A DNA stretch of 64,000 bases from contig CM074511.1 of NCBI GenBank assembly GCA_037379345.1, forward strand, positions 26,542,862-26,606,861, given 5' to 3'. Shown in pieces: positions 13,809-24,700 of this stretch; the stretch's first letter is position 1, and every line of letters begins with the position of its first letter. The notes beneath the pieces are model-generated. The model searched no databases, was not told the DNA's origin, and saw only the letters and a list, made by a program, of their open reading frames with translations. Made by a program: the position numbers and the translations under genes. The DNA is from Perna viridis (lineage: Eukaryota).

Positions 13809-14630
13809 TTTATGCCCACTGCAGACAAACTTTTGGGGTATATAGGAATCACCTTGTATGTCTGTCTGACCATTTTTCTTGTAAGTGCAACTCCTCCTAA
13901 ACCCCTCAAGAGGTTTTGATGAAATTTTAAAGGAAGGTTGGATATCATATGTAGATATGCATGAATATAGTTACTGTTGGAGGAGTCCAAAGGGAGATAA
14001 TCAAAATAGAGGGTTTTACATGGTAAAACCTTTGAAGTAGCACTCCACATAAGAATTATGCAAAGTGTGATTCATGGTTGGTAAGCCTACATATTTTTAT
14101 TTTTGATATTTTGTTTAAAATTCTCAAGTAAACAGAAAATATTATGTGACTTTTCATAGAACCCTTGTTCATAAGAGATAAAAATTACATAGAATGCACT
14201 GTAGAATTCAAAATTAAGGGAGGTATCTCTGTAAATGACAGTGAAACACAATAGTAACTGTTGGATTTTCAATATGGATTATTTCGTAAGAACAGACAGA
14301 TTGGAATGAATTATTATACATTTCATCATTTAGACCCATAAAACAAATTAATAACAAAAATAAAAATATGTAGCCTTTTTCAGGGTGTATCACATTTCAA
14401 AACTTGCATGATTCTTACAAAGACTTCTAGTTCAGAGCAACTCTTCCTTAACCGCTCAAGGGATTTTTATGAAATTTTATTAGAAGTTTGAGTATCACAT
14501 ATAGATTTGCAAGAAGGAATATAATGACTGTTGGATGACGCCAGAAGGAGATTATTGTTCTACATTTAAATCAATTAGAAGCAGTTAGGGGGGTATTTTC
14601 TTTGTGACCTTGCTCACAGTATTTCTAGTT
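13809..14630 (+). mobile_element. Helentron/HINE-like non-autonomous element with internal tandem units, interrupted by MITE copy 4
   Basis: Left end TTTATGCCC...GGGGTATATAGGAATCACC plus (TGTC)-like microsatellite; two related internal units (GCAACTC...ATGAAATTTT...TATCA..TATAGAT.TGCA) either side of the MITE; right end GGGGGTATT...GTGACCTTGCTCAC...CTAGTT. Confidence 0.55.
14037..14424 (-). mobile_element. TTAA-target MITE, copy 4 (inverted, one end eroded)
   Basis: Reverse complement of 12466-12859, more diverged. Confidence 0.8.
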
Positions 14631-15750
14631 AATGATTGAACAAAAATTGTGGTCATAGACTGATATATTGATATGGTTGCAATGTTGGCATCTGTAGACA
14701 CTTGTTCTTTTTTGTGCAATAGCATAAATATTGGTTGATCTATGTAAAATTTTATAACAAGGTTTCAAATCATATTGGTATTGATTTTGTTTTGAGTTAT
14801 GGCCTCAACTGTTTTGGAATTAGGGGAAAAATAAGTATTTTCCTGATGCCCAGACAATAACTTGAGTAAAAATGAATAAATCTCTTTTACATTGTACTAC
14901 AAGGTGTCATACTTCAGAAGGTGATTTGGGTCAGTAGGACTTGAACCAATTAAGAATCACGGGTCAGAAACCAGAATTTTTCGTTTTTAATAAAAGGGGA
15001 TGGATCTCTTCGAAATTCTACCACAAAGTAACATAACCCAATCAAATCATTATCTTGTGTCAAATGTTTCATCACAATCAAAAATCAAAGTTATATCCAT
15101 ACTTTCCCCCAGTTGTCCAGAGTTCGACCTCTGTGGTCATATCAAACTGCGTCATGCAAAGCATTTTTTGTTACCCTAATATTGATTTAATTAATGAATG
15201 TATATAATGTGACAATATTGCATTATGTAGCAACCATTTGATTTTCGGGGGTTAGGGCAATGGATTTTTTCTGAGACAAACCTTTTTTTTTTACCTTGAG
15301 CAAAAATAACTAGTAATTTTTTCCGGGGTCACCATTTTTTTCACAATTTATTGAAAACAATCTTTTTTTTGTCATCTCACTACTGCATAGCAAAAAAGTC
15401 AGACAACAATTTATTTTTTTTTGGTCATTTTTATAAAAGAACATTTTCTAGAAACAAACTTTTTTCCAAAAAAAAAAAACATTAACAGAGACACAAACTT
15501 TAATGAATATTCAACAGAGTAAGAACATGGCAAATTAGCACATATAAGATTTATAGATAACAAACTCTCAAATTGTTAGCACACAATATCAACAAAGAAA
15601 CGGTACTACAAAAATACACAAACTTATTTTGCAAAAAAAAATAGTTCAGTCGAATAATTCTAACCAGTCCTGCTGGAAGAAGAGCTGTATTTGTATTACT
15701 GTTACAGATTTATCACACTACAGCTTTTTATGTAAAGTAGCTGCTCTGGG

Positions 15751-18700
15751 TTAAAAAGACGAATGTGATTTGCCAGAACCCGGCTTCTTGGTCTCTATGA
15801 GTATCTGGCGAGGAGTTATCGATCCTTCCCGTGGTGATTCGGCGTTCGGATTTTCCTTCATATATTTCCCATTATGAAATAACGCAGGCGGAACTGGAAA
15901 GCATAAAAAGAGAACCATTTATTGAAATTCAAGTACATATAACACTTATATAAATAGTTCACGACAAAAATATCTCCGTTTTCAGACGACGCCAAAAAGG
16001 ATACCCTGTAGGTCAGGTTGTGTAAAAAAATTCTAAATAACTGGAAAAATTACGGAAAATATTCTTCATTGAGATATTGAAATGCCCCATTTGTTGTGGG
16101 GAACCAATGGAAGATGAAGGGTAATAACAAAATTACCTAACTGATAAAATCTAGTAAAAACTGGGAAGTTTGAAACCACCGCAATGTTCCTGACTTGGTA
16201 CAGGCATTTAAAAAATGACAGGTGGGTTAAACCACCATGGGACAATACTTGCTTAACCCTCCTCCAACCCCGATAGTTAACGGGATACATAACCATGATA
16301 ACAGGCGTACGTTTGCGACCAGATTAGAAATAGAAATTATAGAAGTTATAGTACTAGGAGACAAGTAAAGAAAAGCAAACTGTTCATTTCTCGTCGCAAA
16401 TCCCTATTTTACAATTATGTAAGACAACACTCTATCACCAAATAGCAGTTCTGCTAAAATTCTTAAAATAACAGTTAAATTCAGACTGTTTATCCCCTCG
16501 TCCCACAGGGGCACTTAAATTAAATCCAGATATTTAGTTGGATCCGTTGTTAAAATGGTTTTTTCTGTGTGGTATTTGTTTTTAGTTCTTTTGTGTTGTG
16601 AGGTTTGTTCATCGTCTATCGTCCCAAGCATTGTTTCATCCATGGATTACCTTCAAGTGGTGGATTCAGGGGGTCAGAACCCCCTTTTTGTACCTTCGAA
16701 TTATCCGCGAATATCGTTTTCATAAAATGAGTATACTAGTATACTAATCTGGTGATTTTTAAAATATAGATTAAGCACCTTCATCTGAAATGTTTTTATC
16801 CATCATTGAAACCATCACTCTCTGTTTATTTTTCTTGGGAGGAGTGTGATCTGCAAAAATTTGAAAGCGTTAATATATCGTTTACCTCAATCATACAAAT
16901 ATACATTATGTACTTGAAAATGAGCGACATGAAAAGAAAATTTACGAATTTTTTTACTTACATCGTTGCTTGAAAGATATGTTTTATCTAATTAAAAGAA
17001 GGTAGCCATTTTTTTTCTGCACAAGAGATAGAGGCGAATAGAGCTGTTAAAATCACAATATTAAACAAGAACGGACTTCTTTCCCGAGAAGAGATTAAAA
17101 TAAAAAAAAAACAACAGATTTTTTTCCTCATTAAGCGTTACGTATAACAGAGAAAAAAAAGTGCTCTTTACTAAACCGATCACTGGTGTGTAACTAACCT
17201 GATAGAGTCGTGTATTGTGTCGGAGGTGTGTATGGGATACTGCTAAATGCCGGCGTGCTTGTTCTCACCACAGGCTGCATCTATGACAGTAATCAAAATA
17301 TGGTGTTGGAGTTGTCAAATATTCGTATTTATAAAAATTAAACCGAAGGGAAAACACGTGAAAGTAAAATGAGAAACAAAATGAGAAATTCTAAGGTAAA
17401 AATGAACACAAAAATGCATGTATACAGAAACAGAACAAACTACAATCGTCGAACTGGAGACAACCAAAGAGAGAACAACGTCTGGCATTCGAAAACTACT
17501 CTAGATGAGGTTAGCAAGAGAGGAAAAGAACGTCTGTCACTGTTGAGCTATAGAGCTAGGGTAAATATAAATAAAGCTACGTCGACTTCACTAAAAATTA
17601 AGGATTGGTAGGCACCATCTACATTTCCGAAAACACAAATGCTTTGTCTTGTTAAACAAATTCTGTACATCCGTTACCCATTGACTCCTTTCGGCTCTTC
17701 CAATGCAAAGTGTTTTTAATTTTGTGTTGAATGACTTAAAGCACCTAACTGATCTTCCGCTAATGTGCATGCACGCAATATGGCTTCAAAGAACAATTTC
17801 TAAAAACCCGCAGAACTATTTGTGAAATGTCAGTACCCCTGTGATATCTCTCTACATGTTAATAGTAATAAATCCAGCATATGCTGAGTCTAGTACATGT
17901 TAAAAACTTATTCACATGTGTTGTGAAACTTTAAGTATTATTGTTCATGGGGTGCCAATTTTCGTGATTTCTGTGGGTAAGCCAGACCACGAAATTTGAT
18001 TCCCAACGAAAAGGAGATTTCCATTGAGGTGTATACTGAAAACCACGACTTCAAGAACCCACGTAGTTATGTTTCTTCCCTGTTCCACAAAAATTGGTTT
18101 CCACAAATTGATGTGTTTTCTCATTACCACCTTATAGCATTTGTAAACGACTACTGATCCTCTTTTTTTTAACACGTCACGAATTATAAATCACAATCTA
18201 AGACGCCAAAGTAATGACATATAGAAAATCTGTCTCCGAAGTTTTGGTTTTATTGTACATTAGAAGAACTTAACTACTGTTTTCATGCTGAAAGTCTTCG
18301 AAGGATGTCTTTGGATGATAATATTCAATAACGAAGAAAATACGACAGTAAAAACTATAATTCAATGGCAAATAAATAAAAGTAATGGTAAAACTTACGA
18401 AATCAAAGTACTGTATTTATAAGACATCAGAAAATACATGGAAACAATAGATTTATGACATTTTGTAGTTACAACGGTTGAAAAATACGTCATTCAATTT
18501 AGCTTGAAAAGAAATAACACATTGTAAAATATCGTTTAGAAAAAGAAGAAATATAGATATGTGAATTATAATTTGAAAGAAAATGAAAATAGGGAATTGA
18601 AATAGGATGACAAAATGATTATTGTTATGACTCATTGAACGATAAAGAGTCATAGACACAATTTATAGTTGGCCAAGTCTCTCTGCTTCCTCCACCTGTT

Positions 18701-21700
18701 CAGCCAGTTTAAGCTGCTCATTTGACCAAACGTATCCTCTAGTGGGTAAACGGCCTCCACTTGGTCTGCCTAACTATTACAATCAGAGAAAGCATCAAAA
18801 CTTGCTCGACCCAATTCAGTTTTGCATCTCCAATATCACCTTGACGTTTAACGTTTTTCATTTCGACCTCGTCTTGCTCCGACAGCTGTCCTCAGAGTTC
18901 GTCTTGCCCATTTTCAATTCCATTGCTTCTGTTTTATAAACTTTCTCTACCATGCTTAATCGGGAATCGAGTGTATCATTTTCCTCTTCCCCCTCTTCTT
19001 CATCGGCCCATTTGAAGACTAAGCTAAAATCAAGTTTCTCAGTTTCGGGTGCTTCAGCTCTTTCTGTCCAGTTCAGTCTTGCAATGGAGTCTGCAGGTGT
19101 CGAGCCTGAGCTGAGTTCACCTTCCTTATCTGCTTCATATCTTTTGGCCTTGTTGTCCTCTTTAGCGGAGTCGACCGACGTCAAATATATCCTGCGGTCA
19201 TCTGCTCCGGCTGTTTCCACTCTTTTAGCGCAGCTCAATCCTTTAGAGGGATCGGCTGATGTTAAGACCAAACTTGATTCATCAGCCTCGGTTGCTTAAA
19301 TTTCTATGGTACAATTGGTCTCCAGCGGCAGTGAAGAGTTCTATCGGAGATCCATCAGGGTTGCAGTAGGCAAGTTCATCGAAGCATACATTGGGATGGT
19401 TTTTCCTCTCTACAATGCCTTCTTTGATGGCTTCAATTTTACTTTTTGTTTTAGCAACCTCGAAATCTACAAACAAAACAAAAAATCGTCTTATATTAAA
19501 GAATAAGTAGTTTTTCACTCACACACAACGAAATCTTCGATATGAGAATGTGGGCGTATTATGCAGTGGACTCATAAGCAATCGTTGATATTGTAATTAG
19601 CATGAATTCTTGGCCTTTTGATTTTTATAGACCTAATAAACGGCAATCTATAAGAGTCAAAACTATTTTCAAAAACATGCTGAATAAATAAATATTCGTT
19701 TACTTCCCAAAATAAATAATGTTGCTTTTTTACAAAAGTACAATAGCATACAGAAGACATTGTCTACTATACATGACAAGTATGTTGTCGTACCAGCAGA
19801 CAAAGCCCAAAACGACATTGTTTTTGTCTGCAAAACGTTTTATGTCCAATGTTTATTATCAGAAGTAGACGTAGAAAATAATAGCAGTGATAGGACCTAC
19901 ACTGCTACCACTCTCTCCAAAGAAGAGATTGTGGAAAACCATAAATCTGTGCTATCGTCTTTTGGTCTCTCTACCAAGGACGATGATTGTGATTTACCGT
20001 CCATGTACTGGATTCTTAAACTTCACAAGAATCCATACAAACAACGTTTCATAGCTGGATCTTCAAAATGTACCACCAAACCTCTTTCAAAACTTTTAAC
20101 TTCTATACTCACAACTGTCAAAGAGGGTCTACAGTTCTACCACAACACTTGTTACTCCCGTAGTGGTATTAATTCAATGTGGATCCTGAAAAATTCGAAA
20201 GATCTTTTGGAGACAATCAGTTCAAGACTATTATCTGAATATAATAGCATTAAAACCTATGATTTTACAACACCGTATACTTCTATTCCCCATACTCAGT
20301 TAAAATCCCGACTTAAAAACATTATACATCGTTGTTTTTCCAAAAAAGATGGTACACCTAGATACAAATATATAGTTCTTGGTAGAGATTCCTCATACTT
20401 TGTAAGAAATAATTCCAAATCATCTTCCAAATATACAGAGGAAGATGTTTACAAAATGCTGGAATTTTTAATCGACAACATATTTGTCCAGTGTGGTGGA
20501 CGTGTTTTTCAACAAACGGTCGGCATTCCAATGGGAACAAATTGTGCTCCTTTACTTGCTGACCTATTCCTTCACTCTTATGAGGCTGACTTTATAGCTG
20601 ATCTGATCAGAACAAAAATGTCGTTTGGCTAGATCCTTCAATCTCAGTTTCCGCTATATAGATGACGTATTATCTTTAAACAATCCTAATTTCGGGGATT
20701 TGATACATCGCATCTACCCAAAAGAACTTGAGATAAAAGATACTACAGACACTGTAAAGTCAGCCTCATATCTTGACGTACACTTAGAAATCGATGGTAA
20801 AGGAAAACTATTGACCAAACTTTACGACAAACGTGATGACTTTTCATTCAGAATTGTTAACTTTCCTTTCATCTGTGGCAACATCCCTTCTTCTCCTGCG
20901 TATGGAGTGTTCATATCACAACTCATACGTTATGCCAGAGCTTGCCGAAACTACGCAGACTTTTTGTATCGCGCTAGAACTCTAACAAATAGGCTTCTGG
21001 AACAGGGTTATGTTGCTACAAGATTGAAGTTTTATGGTCGTCATCATGAACTCGTGGATCGCTATGGTGTATCCATCAGCACCATGAAAACTGATGTATT
21101 CAACGGGTCATAGTTTTCCTTTCCTCGTTTGTCTACCCCGGACTTGACTTTTTATGAGCAACTCGGCGGGTGTTTCTAGAAAAGAAGAGGACGCTTACCC
21201 TACCAGTGCACCTGGTCCATGCTCCCAGTTTTTAGTGGAGTCCGAGTTGCTCAATTACTTTTGTTACTTTGTATGTATGATTTTAGTTAGTTTATGTTCT
21301 TTGTTGTGAATGTCTGTTTTCCATGTCTTGTCTTTGTCCCTGGATTACATTAAGCAAATTTTTGGTCGTTCCCTCCGCGGGACTCGAACTCGTACCGCTG
21401 TGACATCTATGGCAACACCGCCTGCACTAAGTCCAGCGCCCTAGACCACTCGGCCAGCTAGGCTATATAAAAATATAGCTTTCGCTGGCCGGGTGATTCC
21501 TCCTCGGTGTTGCCATAGATGTCACAGCGGTACGAGTTTGAGTCCCGCGGAGGGAACGACCAAAAATTTGCTTCGCAAATTTGACAGTTCTAACATCGTT
21601 GGGAATTTTTCAGACCCTTCTATAAGTTTACGTTATCTTCCCTGTATCAATTTGATCCGATGGAGCAGAGTAGTGAATAGAGTCGTCACATTCTGAGACG

Positions 21701-24700
21701 TTGTATAGTATTGATTTGTTGTGACATGCATCATTAATTTGATCCTCTATCCTACATAATAACACCTAGATGAACTGTCCCGTACTACCATACATCGTGT
21801 ACTAAGTTACAGCCCTAGATTAATCCTACGAGGAGGAATCACCCAGCCAGCGAAAGCTATATTTTTATATAGCCTAGCTGGCCGAGTGGTCTAAGCGATG
21901 GACTTAGTGCAGGCGGTGTTGCCATAGATGTCACAGCGGTACGAGTTCGAGTCCCGCGGAGGGAACGACCAAAAATTTGCTTTGCAAATTTGACAGTTCT
22001 AACATCGTTGGGAATTTCTCATACCCCCCCTATATATATATATATTACATGAAGTTTACATATAATGTCCATTGATTGAGAAATAATCACTAAAGTAATT
22101 TTTGTGTGCCATTGGCAAAAATTGCTCATGAGATTAACGTGCATTTCTCTTAATGTTATAGCTGTTTAATTATTCTGCAGATATGTAAGAACGCTGATTT
22201 TTTTAAAATCGCCAGTCTATATAGTATTTTCCACGGCTTATCTCAAAATGTGAATTTCTATCAATTTTAAGCATGACTATATGAAAATGATTCGTTTTTG
22301 AAGGTAAAATTAAGGGAGAGCTAACATGACACATGAAAATGGGAATTCAAGAACAACAAATTATGAAACGAAAACAATACAGATTCCTTTAAAAAAGATC
22401 ATACGGACAAAAACAAATTGATTAAAAAGAAGACATATCATGATCAATTAAAATATAGAACCAACTAACTTGATGAAATTCCTATACGCCTGCAAGTTCT
22501 ATACGAAGTATTTCAAGTATTCTGCTCTCTACTAGAAACGCTGCTTGTTGTGGTGGAAGATGTTATATAAACTTACGACGTCGTCATTGGAGTCCAGCGA
22601 CGTCACGATAGACAGACGCAAAGATGACGTTATTAGTGCATATTCATAGCATGTCGGAACTAATCGGAAAACAACTCCGAGTCGGCAAATTTCGTCGAAT
22701 TCAGATTCACAAATATATTTTATTTAATTATTTTTTTTTATTTATTGTTTAGACGTGAAAAAAAGAACACATTCAAATGACATTAAATATATATGGTTTA
22801 CACTTGTACGCTCGGTCTCGCAATTGTAGAATAAATGCACAAAAATCACTTAAAATACCAAGGATTATCGTGAACGAAATGGAAATGGTGCCGTAATACG
22901 AACCGGAAGAGGGTGTACTAGATCAAACACAGCGGAGGGCCAGAGAGGCTGTGTTGATTTAGTGAAGGACCTCTCAAGAAAAAGTAAAGTAAAAGTATAT
23001 ATTAGGCTCATCTAGAGCATTTTGAACATTTCGTTGTACTGGAAATATTCATTAAGAAAAACAAAAAAAAAAAACAAAAAAAAAACCAAAAAAACCCCAA
23101 GAAAACAAAAAAAAACAGCATAAGAACAATTATTAGGGACATATATCATATAAAATATGTGAGATAAAGAATAAGAGATGTCAGATACAAGATATAAGAT
23201 ATCCTATATGATTTTGTTAAGAAGATATATTACATAGTTGATAAAACATCTCATAAAGTATATATACGGCACGCCGTATATTCATATTTATCCCAATTCG
23301 TAGATATGTTCTATAATTTAGTAGATATATATTGCTTTTTAATAAGATATCTTATAGAATACACAAGATTTCTCATATAATAAATAGCTTATAAGATAAA
23401 ATATAAATAAAATTGTAAAAAATATCTCATAAAGCATATAATATATCATATACTTTATGATATTTATAAACTTTATAAGACATCTTATGAACATTATTAG
23501 ACATCTTATATACTTTATGAAATATCTTATATATTTCATAAGATATCTGATCAAATGTAATATATATATATATAAAATATCTGAGAAAAAAGAAGATATC
23601 TACAAGATTATATAAGATATCTACGAATTGGAATAAAAATAGATACGGCGTGAAGAAGGTAAGTACCAAATTTGATTATCATAATCTTTTTCGTTTATAT
23701 GATTTTACGCTTTGCCTTTGATGGGCAAATTATATCTAACTTTATTGACAATGTACTGTTGTTAATATATCGCTGCCTAGATCAACAGTAATATGTAAGA
23801 CTTCCCATAACACATGATGTAAGTCAAAGTTCAAACAATCACACCCGAACTGCATATGTAACTTTGGACGGAAAGAGTTTGAGCCAAACATATCTTGACA
23901 GAGGATATACATGTGTAGGACGTCACTGGCGCTCCGTCCATAATATTTTGTATACAGAAAAATAAAACTATAGCAAAATATTGTGGTGACTTCCACATAC
24001 ACAACACCTAGAGATTGTGACGGCCGTATATGTTTTTTGAGTGATGTCAAGATTCTATTTGATTTTGACCATTTAATGATGTATCAAGTAAGAAAAGAAT
24101 GTTTCATTTTTTATGTTTCATCGGCATGCAATTTTAAGCGTTGACCGTAACATAATCTCTTCTTTCAAATATGCAATCGGTCAACGCTTTTACACGTCGA
24201 TGAAACATAAAAAATGAAGCACTGTATTCTTTATAATTACATTGACACTTCCTCTAATTTCATTTCTTTTTTATTTTAAATATACATAGAAAACGGGCTG
24301 TACACGTGTGGTCCATATAGTCGTGGGCGTGGCCTATATATGTAGTGTTTTACTGACTCACGAAACATCACATGTAAAGGCGATTATCCAATGAGATGAC
24401 GTATTTTAACGATATTTACAGTAAATGTGAACACATTTTATTGATAAATATAATCATTTCTTACCCAAATTCCTTATTATATATATACATATATCTATAT
24501 TTATCTTCCGGCTTACCTTCGTTGTTTTAGTTCCATACACCGTAGATAGCTGGACGTTATCTGAAAATTTTCACAATAAATAGTTTAATTTGCATGCACT
24601 TGGGTGATGAAAGCTTTTTTTTTTCAAATTAACTGTTTAGAAATCAAATTTGTATAATGAATTGATAATATTTGCTATTGGTTGGAAAAGGGCTGACAAT

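Noticed and set aside
18952-19299. 115-aa Ser-rich plus-strand ORF
   Set aside because: Antisense shadow of the Glu/Asp-rich minus-strand segment
21740-21890. Hammerhead or twister ribozyme in the 409-bp unit
   Set aside because: GAAA and GTTACAGCCC are suggestive, but I found no CUGANGA core on either strand and no twister pseudoknot partners by eye; a covariance search is needed
21872-21965. Functional tRNA-Ser/Leu gene
   Set aside because: A and B boxes are present, but no acceptor stem or anticodon arm can be paired, and the sequence is part of a dispersed repeat
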